Positions 18,050-26,812 are shown, numbered from the stretch's first letter. The stretch is 39,587 bases of DNA from Oscillospiraceae bacterium (GCA_029098085.1 JAQXNQ010000167.1:1-39587), one strand, 5' to 3'. The notes: generated by a model not told the origin, from the letters alone. Numbers and translations: made by a program.

Positions 18050-18721
18050 TCAGTGCCGGAATAGAGAGCGGATCAGCCAGATGATGACCCAAATGATCAG
18101 AATGCCGGGAATCAGCGCTATGAACAGATTCAAAATGGCGTTTGCAATTACAAACCGCTGGCTCCACACATACATCAAAAACAGCACCACACCCACCACC
18201 ATCATGATCCGCCAGAACAGACCCCAGTTGAACGCCTGCGGCCAGCTGCTGCCCCGGAGTCGGCGTGCCGGCCGTACCGTCGCGCGCACCTGACGCGTGT
18301 ATTCATCCAGGGCTCTGTTCATATCGTCCTGTTCTGCCCGGGCAGAGGGGCCGGGAGCGACCTGTTCCGGTATGTGCGCCCGGGTGGAGGACTGCTCATA
18401 CTGTCCAAAAAAGCCTTCCTCTTCCAGCGGAGGGATGGTCGGCGTTGGAGGAAGATTGGTTTGAGGCTGCGGCCCGGACACGGGCGCCGGGTGGGTTTTG
18501 CCGGTTTCATCGGTGTGCTGGGCACGGAAGGCTTTGTCCAGTGCGCTGTAAAAGTCGTCCTGCGCATCGGCTTGCAGCTGCACGCCGGGGGCGGGACAGT
18601 AGCCCAGAGCCTGCAGGGCGGAATTCGGCCTGCTGTCGCTGTTTATGGGGCCACCGCACACGGGACAGTTTTTGTGGGGCCGGTCAAAGAGGTATTCACA
18701 GTAATTGCAGAAATGGGCCAT
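18050..18721 (-). CDS. Zinc-ribbon protein with a Pro/Gln-rich linker and two C-terminal TM helices
   Basis: The N-terminus is MAHFCNYC..x11..CPVCGG (CxxC...CxxC). It has a long low-complexity P/Q/A-rich middle. The C-terminus carries WGLFWRIMMVVGVVLFLMYVW and ILNLFIALIPGILIIWVIIWLI. It is the last gene of the minus-strand operon. The RBS is AAGGAG. Confidence 0.7.
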   Translation of the reverse strand: MAHFCNYCEYLFDRPHKNCPVCGGPINSDSRPNSALQALGYCPAPGVQLQADAQDDFYSALDKAFRAQHTDETGKTHPAPVSGPQPQTNLPPTPTIPPLEEEGFFGQYEQSSTRAHIPEQVAPGPSARAEQDDMNRALDEYTRQVRATVRPARRLRGSSWPQAFNWGLFWRIMMVVGVVLFLMYVWSQRFVIANAILNLFIALIPGILIIWVIIWLIRSLFRH

Positions 18722-18760
18722 ACAAAAATCTTCTCCTTCGTTCGACTGTTTGACAGGGAT

Positions 18761-20017
18761 TCAGGGCAGCACCTGTCCGATGAGAATGGGGATATCGTAC
18801 AGACCGCCGCACAGCACCGCGCCGTCCTGCAGCTGCACCAGCTCCTGAGCATTGATGTTGTGTTCCGTCACCTCGCGGATGCCCACGCCCCGGGCGCGGA
18901 CCGGGAAGATGTGGAACGGCTGCCAGTGGCGATCCCGGTGTTCCTCCCGCACCAGTCGCTGGTAGGTGCCCAATGCTTCCGAAAAAGGGCTGGCCTGCTG
19001 GGTGCTGGTGCAGCGGAACAGCAGCACCTCCTGATGTTCCGCAAGCAGGGGGGACAGCTCGTCTGTCCCGGCGATTACATAGGAAAGGTCACCGGCCAGA
19101 ATGCCGGTGGAATAGCTGGCGGTTTCGTGGGGGCCGGTGAACAGGCTGCGCAGCTCGGGGCTGGCGGTCAGCGGCACCTCGGCCGCCAGCAGCAGAAAAG
19201 GAATGCGGGCATCCTGCAGGGCTTTCAGCTCCTGATACAGATACCGCAGCACGGTCGGCCGGGCAGTGGGCACCGTGACACTGATGACGCACCGCTGCCG
19301 TACCGCCTCCACAATGCTGATGCAGGGATGGGCGGCAAAGCTCCGGGGTGTCCACAGGAATTCCTCCATCTCGTTGGCAAAGGAGCGGACTGCCGCATAC
19401 ACCTCTTTGGGCGCGTCATTCTGGGCCAGCAGCGTTGTGACCGACTCCCGGCCGGGACTGGGCAGATACTGCAGCACCTGCCGCTGCAGCCGGTCAGGGG
19501 GCATTTCCGCCAGTTGGAGCAGCAGATCCAGGTTGAAGGGGTAGCGCCCAAACGGAGCCGGGCTGCGTCTGAACTGCAGCTGCATGATGTCCAGATACGC
19601 CTGCAGCCAGCTGCGCAGGTTCAGCGCCGAGCTGGTACCGTAGCCTCTGCCGTCGATGGGCACGATGGCGTCCAGCACACCGGTGGCGTTCAGTCCGTAC
19701 AGCGGGTCGTAGTAGCGCTGGGGACTGCCGAAGGGATTGACGCTGTAGGTGCGGAAGCCCGGGCTTTGCCGGGCCAGTTCCGGCATGTCCTCCCGCAGAC
19801 GGCCCAGCGCGGCAGCCAGCAGCGGATCATTTTGCAGCACCACCACGCCCATCCGTCCGCAGCAGCGGCGTACGGCCTGGAGGCCGGCCATCCGGCGCTG
19901 GTGTGGATCACCGCAGAATGCTGCAAAGCTGGCACCCCAGTTTTCCGGGGGCAGAATCTCACCGATGCTGCGCCGACGCACATACTGCGCGCTGCGGGTA
20001 TAGTTGATATGGGCCAT
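18761..20017 (-). CDS. Hypothetical protein; apparent catalytically dead paralog of the upstream T4CP-like ATPase
   Basis: ATG lies 7 nt after GAGGTG. There is no GxxGxGK(T/S) motif and no hhhhDE motif. The C-terminal half still parallels the neighbour. Examples: PFLLLAAEVP versus HLFLDELKLLP, EVLLFRCTSTQQASPFSEALGTY versus SVFTFRLNDASSRRYVSELYGTN, and AQELVQLQDGAVLCG versus WDLMQLQPGHAVVG. Confidence 0.6.
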   Translation of the reverse strand: MAHINYTRSAQYVRRRSIGEILPPENWGASFAAFCGDPHQRRMAGLQAVRRCCGRMGVVVLQNDPLLAAALGRLREDMPELARQSPGFRTYSVNPFGSPQRYYDPLYGLNATGVLDAIVPIDGRGYGTSSALNLRSWLQAYLDIMQLQFRRSPAPFGRYPFNLDLLLQLAEMPPDRLQRQVLQYLPSPGRESVTTLLAQNDAPKEVYAAVRSFANEMEEFLWTPRSFAAHPCISIVEAVRQRCVISVTVPTARPTVLRYLYQELKALQDARIPFLLLAAEVPLTASPELRSLFTGPHETASYSTGILAGDLSYVIAGTDELSPLLAEHQEVLLFRCTSTQQASPFSEALGTYQRLVREEHRDRHWQPFHIFPVRARGVGIREVTEHNINAQELVQLQDGAVLCGGLYDIPILIGQVLP

Positions 20018-20031
20018 CAGATTTCACCTCA

Positions 20032-21378
20032 TTATGTGGATGCGGGGTCCCGCATGAAATAAAAGGGGAAGGGCAGCTCCTGGGAGGCCAGTCCCACCAC
20101 AGCGTGTCCCGGCTGCAGCTGCATCAGATCCCAGTCCTCCACCGTGTGTCCCTCCCGCTCCCGGTCCAGCTGCTGACCGCCCGCATTCTGATAGCGGTAG
20201 GCCGTCAGGTTGGTACCGTACAGCTCAGACACATAGCGGCGGGAGGAAGCGTCGTTCAAACGGAAGGTAAACACCGAACCAAATCCGGCCAGAATATCCT
20301 GTCCCACATCCTCGCCGTAGGCGGCGTGAATCTGACTCACACTCTGCAGTCCGGCCACGACGCTCACCCGCTTGCTGCGGCCAAAGTTCAGGGCGTCCTC
20401 CAGATGCTGCAGCCGGGGCAGCAGCTTCAGCTCATCCAGGAAAAGATGCACCCGGCCGTTGGGCTGACCGCCCAGCGCTTCTTTCAGCGCCAGGTCAATC
20501 AGCAGGCGGTAGACGGGAGCCAGGCTTTCGCCCACCGACAGGTCGTATAAGATAAAAACTGCGCGGCCTCCCTTTTTTCGCACCGCCTGCCGGATGGAAA
20601 ATTCCTGCTGCCCAGCCCGGGCCCGTCCGGCAAAGCTGCCCTGAAAACACTCGTACACCATGCTGCGAAGCTCCGCCATCACGCCCAGAGCCTGATGGCT
20701 GGTGCCGTCTCCCACATAGGAAGAAAGGCCCTGCAGGTCGGGATAAAGGCTGAAGAACTTCATCAGCTGCCGGGCGTCGTAGTGCAGCAGAAACCGGGTG
20801 AGAAATTCGTTGTTGAGGTTGTCCTTCCAGGCGGCGGGACTGTCGGTGCGGCGCCGGATGAAATAGATCAGGGTTGCGGCAAAGAGGTCGCGGGCTGCCT
20901 TGGCAAAGAAGGGCTGTGTCTGGGAGCCGCGGTCGCGAAAATACACAGCCGCGATTTCCCGGGCGTTGCTCTCATAGTCGCGGGGATCGGGGCCGTCGGC
21001 CAGCACCTCGAGGAACAGGTTCCACACGGCGCTGCGGCTGCGGTGGGCGCGGTCGTTGGCGATGACGATGTCGCCGGGGCGGAAAAAACCCGGATGACTG
21101 ATGTAGTCGGCCTTGGTATCGAAGATCAGCGAAATGCTGTCCTCGCCGCCCGCATCGGCCCACCGGCGCGCCTGTGCCACGATCTGATTCATGACATTGG
21201 TCTTGCCGCTGCCTGCGCCGCCCAGCAGCAGAATGTTTTTGAAGACGGTGGGTTCATCCACCGCAACGGTCAGGGCACTGGAAGCGTCCTTGAAGAAATA
21301 GCGCGGCGGCTCACCGGATGGCCGGTATCTGCACTGCTCCAGGAAATTGCCGTAAAGCGCCTGTTTGTGTGTGATCAT
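20032..21378 (-). CDS. VirD4/TraG-like (type IV coupling protein-like) P-loop ATPase without an N-terminal TM anchor
   Basis: ATG 21378 lies 9 nt after AAAGGAG, which overlaps the upstream stop. The longer ORF to 21486 overlaps the upstream gene. Walker A is GGAGSGKT (nt 21199-21222). Walker B is HLFLDE (nt 20431-20448). T4CP-like blocks are LIFDTKADY, FFAKAARDLFAATLIYF and GRSKRVSVVAGLQSVSQIHAAYGED. Confidence 0.8.
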   Translation of the reverse strand: MITHKQALYGNFLEQCRYRPSGEPPRYFFKDASSALTVAVDEPTVFKNILLLGGAGSGKTNVMNQIVAQARRWADAGGEDSISLIFDTKADYISHPGFFRPGDIVIANDRAHRSRSAVWNLFLEVLADGPDPRDYESNAREIAAVYFRDRGSQTQPFFAKAARDLFAATLIYFIRRRTDSPAAWKDNLNNEFLTRFLLHYDARQLMKFFSLYPDLQGLSSYVGDGTSHQALGVMAELRSMVYECFQGSFAGRARAGQQEFSIRQAVRKKGGRAVFILYDLSVGESLAPVYRLLIDLALKEALGGQPNGRVHLFLDELKLLPRLQHLEDALNFGRSKRVSVVAGLQSVSQIHAAYGEDVGQDILAGFGSVFTFRLNDASSRRYVSELYGTNLTAYRYQNAGGQQLDREREGHTVEDWDLMQLQPGHAVVGLASQELPFPFYFMRDPAST

Positions 21379-21391
21379 GCCGATCGCTCCT

Positions 21392-22717
21392 TTAGTCCAT
21401 GTCCCGACCACCGTCTGCGCCGTCCATGCCGCCGCCCAGGCCGGAGCCGTCATCCGACATTCCACTGCCCAGACTGGAGCCGTCATCCGACATTCCGGTG
21501 GTATTGCTGCTCAGTCCGGCACCGTCATCCGACATTCCGCCGGTGCCGCCGTCCAGGCCGGAGCCGTCATCCGATATTCCGATGCCGGTGATGCCGCCGC
21601 CCATCGTTTCGGTAGAACCTCCGTTCAGGTCAGCGCCGTCGTCCATCATTTCGGCGGTGTCGTTCAGGCCAGCGCTGTCATCTGCCAGTACGGCGCCGCC
21701 ATTCAGTCCGGAGCCGCCGTCCACCATTCCGGTACCGTCGATGTTCAGTCCGGTGGTACCGTTGTTCAGACTGGCACCGTCGTCCGATGGCACGCCGGTG
21801 GTGTTGTTCAGTCCGGCGCCGTCATTGGACAGCACGCCGGTGGAATTGTTCATACCGATGCCGGTCGTCTGCAGCCCGCTGGTGTCCTGACCGGTCGGGT
21901 TCTGACCTTCGGTATGCTGCTGTCCGGCGTCCGGCAAAGAAACGATGTCCGGAGTCTGGGCGGAACCGGTACGCGACTGGCCCAGGTTATAGCTGTCGCA
22001 CAGAGCGTTTATGGCAGTGTAGCTGGGGGAGGGGCTGCTGCGCTGGATGCCGTGATCCCGGTCATAGATTACCTGTGCCAGCGTTTTTTCAATGTCGGGG
22101 TCATTATAGTTGGTGGCCGCGCACTGCAGCGCAGCCTGGAAGGAATCGTTGCGCACCGTGGTCAGATAGTCGGCGGTCTGCGGATCGATCTGGCCGGACG
22201 CTTTCTGCACGGCGTCGATGGCCTGCAGCGTGTTGAACTGCCCGGCGGCGAAGGCCTCCTTCTCATCGTGCTGGATGCGGTAGAGATCCATGTCCTGTTC
22301 GGGAGAAATGTAGGTTGCTGCCGCCCGCCCCTGAGCCACCTGAATACCGTGGGTGCCTTCGTGGAACATGGTGTCCAGCACGTTCCAGTTGGCTGCGCTC
22401 ACCGGCGTTCGAACCAGAATGTCGTTGCCCTGCTGGTCTACATCCTCTGTCAGGAAGTAATTTCCCTGCATCAGATAAGCGTTCAGACAGATGGTACTGC
22501 CGGATTGTTCGCCATAACAGCCGCCGATCATCGGTCGGGCTGTCACCCGGCAGGGGCTCACGCCGTTGGCTGCCGCGTAGCGGTTCTCCACCTCCTGACA
22601 GGCGTCCATCTTATCCGAAAAAGACATCTGATTCCAGGAATCTGTGCGAAATAACCCGAACAGCTGAGTTTGATTCAGAGAAGCATAGCGGGTGGGATAT
22701 GCGTTGGCTGCCATCAT
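21392..22717 (-). CDS. Zincin-like metallopeptidase domain protein (HExxH) with a long C-terminal Asp/Gly-rich repeat tail
   Basis: AAGGAGG lies 2-5 nt before the tandem ATG ATG (22717/22714). HEGTH is at nt 22349-22363 (FHEGTHGIQ). The N-terminal approximately 230 aa look globular. The C-terminal approximately 190 aa are degenerate repeats of the type (M/V/I)SDDG(A/S)GL(N/D/S).. and end in GGMDGADGGRDMD. Stop is TAA. Confidence 0.75.
   Translation of the reverse strand: MMAANAYPTRYASLNQTQLFGLFRTDSWNQMSFSDKMDACQEVENRYAAANGVSPCRVTARPMIGGCYGEQSGSTICLNAYLMQGNYFLTEDVDQQGNDILVRTPVSAANWNVLDTMFHEGTHGIQVAQGRAAATYISPEQDMDLYRIQHDEKEAFAAGQFNTLQAIDAVQKASGQIDPQTADYLTTVRNDSFQAALQCAATNYNDPDIEKTLAQVIYDRDHGIQRSSPSPSYTAINALCDSYNLGQSRTGSAQTPDIVSLPDAGQQHTEGQNPTGQDTSGLQTTGIGMNNSTGVLSNDGAGLNNTTGVPSDDGASLNNGTTGLNIDGTGMVDGGSGLNGGAVLADDSAGLNDTAEMMDDGADLNGGSTETMGGGITGIGISDDGSGLDGGTGGMSDDGAGLSSNTTGMSDDGSSLGSGMSDDGSGLGGGMDGADGGRDMD
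21399..21960 (-). repeat. Degenerate in-frame tandem repeats (period about 33-42 nt) encoding the D/G-rich tail
   Basis: On the + strand, GGAGCCGTCATCCGACATTCC (or a variant with 1-2 mismatches) is found at 21443, 21476, 21518 and 21560. Weaker copies continue to about 21950. Confidence 0.8.
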
Positions 22718-22724
22718 AACCTCC

Positions 22725-23027
22725 TTATCTGCGCAGGATCAGAGCACGGCCGTTCACGGCGTCTTTCAGATATGCGTCCATCAGGGTCAGGGCAGTAAAG
22801 TAGCTGCGGCCCGGCCGCATTCGCTGGATCTGGATCACCGAGAACTCGCCCTGGCGGAAGTTCGCCGTCTCGCCGGTATCCAGATAGCTGCGCAGCAGGG
22901 CGTCCAGCCGCGCGTCCATCGTGTCATGATACTCCTGTGCCCGCTGCTGCACCGCCTGGGGAGCCCAGAACGGGTGCTCCCGGGTAAGCAGGGCCTCCAA
23001 TTCTTTCTGTGTCACCAATTGCAGCAT
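22725..23027 (-). CDS. Small (100 aa) cytoplasmic protein, first gene of the minus-strand operon (hypothetical; possible chaperone, immunity or adaptor role)
   Basis: ATG 23027 lies 8 nt after GGAGAG. The longer ORF to 23375 runs across the divergent promoter region and the XRE gene start, so it is not credible. Its stop TAA overlaps the AAGGAGG RBS of the zincin gene. Confidence 0.6.
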   Translation of the reverse strand: MLQLVTQKELEALLTREHPFWAPQAVQQRAQEYHDTMDARLDALLRSYLDTGETANFRQGEFSVIQIQRMRPGRSYFTALTLMDAYLKDAVNGRALILRR

Positions 23028-23157
23028 GGAATTCTCTCTCCTTTCTTTTGCTTCAATTATAACAGGGAAGAGTTTTGAATGGAATCGGCAAAAGCGACAA
23101 ACCGGATATGCAATTTCACACAACATCAATAAATTTGATAATTCTTCATAAAACATC

Positions 23158-23185
23158 TTGCTTCTTCGTGTAAAAGTGGTAGAAT
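23158..23185 (+). promoter_or_regulatory. Sigma-A-type promoter candidate for the 10-gene plus-strand operon
   Basis: TTGCTT (23158-23163), then a 16-nt spacer, then an extended -10 TGgTAGAAT (23177-23185). It lies about 45 nt upstream of the GTG start at 23230, within an AT-rich intergenic region. Confidence 0.5.
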
Positions 23186-23229
23186 GGAGGTATAAGAAAT
23201 GCAGTATGTACATGGGAGGAGATGGTACA

Positions 23230-23595
23230 GTGAGCGAAAAAGAGCTTGTCCAGGAAATCATCATCCTGCGCGGCCGACGCGGCTGGACCCAGCAGGAGCT
23301 GGCGAACCGCATCGGTACGACCCAGCGGACGGTGGCTGCCTGGGAATCGGGCAATTCGATTCCCCGCAAGGCCATGCGGGTGCGGATCGCACAGGCATTT
23401 GAGCTGCCGGATGATTATTTTCTTGGGAATCTATTGACAGATACAAAGAGTACAGCTGAAAAGAGTGCGGCAAAAGAACAACAGGATACCGCTCAGCTGC
23501 TGGATAAGTTCAGTTCAATGCTGGACAGCGAGGGCCTGTCGGACGAGAAAAAGACCATGCTGCTGGATTCGGTCAGCGAGATCCTGCAGAAATAA
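23230..23595 (+). CDS. XRE-family helix-turn-helix transcriptional regulator
   Basis: GTG 23230 lies 8 nt after GGAGGAG. The HTH is RGRRGWTQQELANRIGTTQRTVAAWESGNSIPR. It is followed by a short helical C-terminal region. Stop is TAA. Confidence 0.85.
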   Translation: MSEKELVQEIIILRGRRGWTQQELANRIGTTQRTVAAWESGNSIPRKAMRVRIAQAFELPDDYFLGNLLTDTKSTAEKSAAKEQQDTAQLLDKFSSMLDSEGLSDEKKTMLLDSVSEILQK

Positions 23596-23623
23596 CAGGA
23601 AAACAACAAGGAGGAACCTTACC

Positions 23624-25174
23624 ATGGAACCGATTATTGCGCTGGATTTTGGAAACTGTTATTCGTTTCCCTGCTATATTCCCGAGCTGGACATCTCTGT
23701 CAGCCGCCTGGGAGGCAAGCCGGTGGACCTGCTGCCCAGTGATATGCACTACGGCTATCCCAGCGTATTCTTCTATTCCCGGCGGGCAGCCGAGCGCTGC
23801 CGGAAGAATGGACAGCAGCTGCCGCCCTGGTGCGGTGCTGACGCGGTGAAGGCCAAGGCCTCTCCGGAGGGCAACCGGGTGCGCAACCTCAAGCGCCATC
23901 TGGGAGAGCCACTGGTGCTGGACGACTGGAAAGGCAGCTATGACGATGCCATCGTTCAGCTGATCCAGTATCTGATGCGCCGAGCCAACGAGGTGCTGCG
24001 CACCGAGGCGCTGGTCACCACCCACCGGCTGGCGCTGTCCCATCCGGCCACCTACACCCTTTCCCAGCGCATCCATCTGAAAAACCTGGCCGAGCAGGCC
24101 ACACTGGAGGACGGCACCCACATCCAGGTGGTGGGGATGATTGATGAGCCGGCCGCCGCCGCTCTGGATTATCTGGTGGAAAACGGCCGCGGCGACCAGG
24201 ACACCACCGTGCTGGCCTATGATCTGGGAGGCGGCACCTTTGATCTGGCCATTGTGTCGGCCTATCCCCAGGGGCGCACCAGCGCTTCCGGCAATCCCTA
24301 TTATTATCGCGTTGAGAAGACGGGCGGCATCTCCAGTCTGGGCGGCTCGGACTTTGATGAGGTCATGCTGCAGCTGCTGAAGGCCAGGATTCCCGCTTCA
24401 AAGCCGGTAGACGAGGATTCGCTGCGCCGGCTGGCTGAAACGGCCAAACTGGAGCTCAGCCGCGACCCCGACACGGAGCAGGAGATCTACACCAAGTCCG
24501 GCGAGGCACTGTTCGTTACCGTCACCCGGCAGGAATTTGAAAAGGCAGCGCTGCCGCTGGTACAGCGTACGGTGGAGGAAACCCGCCAGATGCTGAAGGA
24601 GTACAGCGGCAAGCAGCCCGAGCTGCTTGTGCTGACCGGCGGCGCCAGCCAGATGCCGATGGTGCAGCGAGAGCTGGAAAAGGCCTTTCCTCAGTTTAAG
24701 GGTCACATCTGCCTCTACCGTCCCAGCAGGGCCATCGCCTACGGCGCCGCCCGCTACAATACGCCTCTGGAAGAGAACTGTGTGCAGCGGTGCGTTCCCC
24801 GCGATATCGGGATCCGCTATTATCATGGCAACAGCGACAAGAAGTATGTCGAGACCTATATCCCGGCCGGTACAGAGCTGCCTTTTGCCAGTGCATACGA
24901 TACTTCCACGACCCGGGGACCGGATGTTCAGTTCTCCTACTTCGCGGTGATGGAAGCCAAAGTCAGCCACCCGGACCAGGAAGCCCCCGACCGTGACTAT
25001 ACCGAGATCCTGTCGGTGACGCTGGATCATGGCAGACCGGTGCCGCAGGGTACCCCGTCCGAGGCCCGGCTGGTGCTGGATCAGAACGGCCTGCTGAGCG
25101 TGGAGGCGCGCGATCCTTCCAAGCCGGATAAGCCCCCGGTCAAAAACAGCTGCACATTGAAGAATCTGAGCTGA
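23624..25174 (+). CDS. Hsp70-family ATPase A (actin-fold NBD plus beta-sandwich SBD-like region, no helical lid)
   Basis: ATG lies 8 nt after GGAGG. Motifs are IALDFGN (phosphate-1), EPAAAALDY, DLGGGTFD (nt 24221-24244), GGSDFDE and LVLTGGASQMPMVQREL (adenosine motif). The C-terminal approximately 130 aa resemble SBD-beta (RDIGIRY...IPAGTELP...LVLDQNGLLSVEA). Confidence 0.85.
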   Translation: MEPIIALDFGNCYSFPCYIPELDISVSRLGGKPVDLLPSDMHYGYPSVFFYSRRAAERCRKNGQQLPPWCGADAVKAKASPEGNRVRNLKRHLGEPLVLDDWKGSYDDAIVQLIQYLMRRANEVLRTEALVTTHRLALSHPATYTLSQRIHLKNLAEQATLEDGTHIQVVGMIDEPAAAALDYLVENGRGDQDTTVLAYDLGGGTFDLAIVSAYPQGRTSASGNPYYYRVEKTGGISSLGGSDFDEVMLQLLKARIPASKPVDEDSLRRLAETAKLELSRDPDTEQEIYTKSGEALFVTVTRQEFEKAALPLVQRTVEETRQMLKEYSGKQPELLVLTGGASQMPMVQRELEKAFPQFKGHICLYRPSRAIAYGAARYNTPLEENCVQRCVPRDIGIRYYHGNSDKKYVETYIPAGTELPFASAYDTSTTRGPDVQFSYFAVMEAKVSHPDQEAPDRDYTEILSVTLDHGRPVPQGTPSEARLVLDQNGLLSVEARDPSKPDKPPVKNSCTLKNLS

Positions 25175-25205
25175 CCACAGGCTGACAGGAAAGGTGGTTT
25201 TCCAA

Positions 25206-26792
25206 ATGTACGATATTTTTGGCTGCGACATCGGCAACGGGTTCGCTTTTGTGTCGCTGATCCCCGGGCCGGACAGCGATGCCCAGCCCATGCTGCCGGT
25301 TTCCCGCGACCTGAACCCCAACGAGGGGATGCCCACTGCCGCCTATGTCACCCCGCCCGGCGCCGACCCCATTCTGGTGTACGATGCCGACAGGGGAACG
25401 GCCGCCCGCAGCATCCGCCGGGATCCGGCCCACGGTGTGCGGGCGGTGAAGACTCACCTGCGCCGGGCCGCCCTGGAGATGGATGGGCTGGACAGCCCGC
25501 TGTCGCCCTACGCCGTCTACGGCGCGGCGGCCCGGGATCTGGTGCGGCTGGGCAACCTGCAGCGGGCTGCGGACGGCCTGCCTCCTATCTACCGGCTGGT
25601 GCTGACCTATCCGGCGGCCTTCTCCAATTACAGCGACGAGCTGGAGATTCTCAACCGGATGCAGGCGGCGGTGGAGGCGGTCAGGCTGGATGACCATCCG
25701 CTGCAGGTGGTCGGCCGTCTGCCCGAGCCGGCAGCGGTGGCCATCGATTATCTGTACTATATGCAGCATCAGCTGCCCGAGGACCAGAGATTGAAAGACG
25801 ACCAGTTTACCGTACTGGTGTTCGATCTGGGCCATGGTACCTTCGACGTGGCCGTTGTCACGGCCCGCAGCAAGGGCGAGCCCTATCAGGTATGGGCCAG
25901 CGATGGGCTGCCCGACGTGGGCGGAAAGGATTTTGACGCCCGCCTGATGGATGAGCTGCTGGAGATGATGCAGCAGGAGGGCTATCAGCTGCGGGATGCG
26001 CAGGAGCGGGAGGAGCTGCTGCGCGAAGCGGTGGCTGCCAAGCATGAGCTGTCCCGTGACGAGGAGGCCGTTGTCCGTCATCAGAATCGCCGGAACGGTT
26101 CGTATATGGAGCTGACCATTACCCGTGCGCGGTTTGAGGAGATCACCCGCGACCTGCTGCTGCAGGTGGTGGAAAAAACCCAGCAGATGCTGCAGGATCA
26201 GCTGGCCCGCGGCCGAACGGTGGACAGCATCGTCCTGTCGGGCGGCGCCAGCCAGATGCCGATGGTGCGCAGGGCACTGGAGGCCTATATCCAGCCGGCC
26301 GTGCCGGTGCAGCCCCCGTTCCGCCCCAGCAGAGCCGTGTCCTTCGGCGCTGCCCGCTATGGGCTGGGGCTGTCTGTACAGAAAAGCGAGGGCAGGAAGA
26401 AGGAAAAAGACCCCACACCCGCTCCGCCCAACCCGGTGGCTCAGCTGTACACCAGGCATTCCTACGGCGTGCTGGTGGAAACGGCCGACGTGATGGAAGG
26501 GAAGGTTCAGATCCTGCTTCCTGCCGAAACGCCGCTGCCCGCCACCGCCACTTTGGAGGAGTACTGGACCGGCAGAGGGCGGATGGACTGCCGCGTCTAC
26601 CGGCCCCGCACTCGCACCAAGGTCAGGGTTCTGGAGCCCGACAAATGTGTGAACCTGAGATGGCTGCACTTTGATCTGCCGCCGGACACCTATCGCCTGA
26701 CCCTTACAGTGGATCCCAACTATAACATCATTGCCAGGCTGGAGGGCAGAAACGGCACCGTCCACACCGCCAGCACGGCCGAAGAAACCTGA
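25206..26792 (+). CDS. Hsp70-family ATPase B (divergent paralog of A, also lidless)
   Basis: ATG 25206 lies about 9 nt after AGGAAAGGTGG (GTG 25194 is an alternative). Motifs are GCDIGNG, EPAAVAIDY, DLGHGTFD (nt 25824-25847), GGKDFDARL and IVLSGGASQMPMVRRAL. The SBD-beta-like C-terminus includes HSYGVLVE...LLPAETPLP...LTLTVDPNYNIIARLEG. Confidence 0.85.
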   Translation: MYDIFGCDIGNGFAFVSLIPGPDSDAQPMLPVSRDLNPNEGMPTAAYVTPPGADPILVYDADRGTAARSIRRDPAHGVRAVKTHLRRAALEMDGLDSPLSPYAVYGAAARDLVRLGNLQRAADGLPPIYRLVLTYPAAFSNYSDELEILNRMQAAVEAVRLDDHPLQVVGRLPEPAAVAIDYLYYMQHQLPEDQRLKDDQFTVLVFDLGHGTFDVAVVTARSKGEPYQVWASDGLPDVGGKDFDARLMDELLEMMQQEGYQLRDAQEREELLREAVAAKHELSRDEEAVVRHQNRRNGSYMELTITRARFEEITRDLLLQVVEKTQQMLQDQLARGRTVDSIVLSGGASQMPMVRRALEAYIQPAVPVQPPFRPSRAVSFGAARYGLGLSVQKSEGRKKEKDPTPAPPNPVAQLYTRHSYGVLVETADVMEGKVQILLPAETPLPATATLEEYWTGRGRMDCRVYRPRTRTKVRVLEPDKCVNLRWLHFDLPPDTYRLTLTVDPNYNIIARLEGRNGTVHTASTAEET

Positions 26793-26812
26793 GAAGGAGG
26801 CAATGTTGCGAT

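Noticed and set aside
21399-21960. CRISPR-like periodic repeats. I also checked the repeats at 8845-8975 and 27347-27520.
   Set aside because: The repeats are in frame within long ORFs and are degenerate, with no unique spacers of constant length. Their periods (30-87 nt, contiguous) fit coding tandem repeats rather than a repeat-spacer array. No cas genes are present.
23465-23623. N-terminal extensions offered by the ORF track for several genes: 23465 for Hsp70-like A, 7368, 13748, 14342, 14727, 37576 (TTG), 21486 and 23375.
   Set aside because: Each extension overlaps the preceding gene or the promoter region and lacks an RBS. It also precedes an internal start that has a GGAGG-type RBS and, where relevant, a proper signal peptide or the conserved N-terminal motif.
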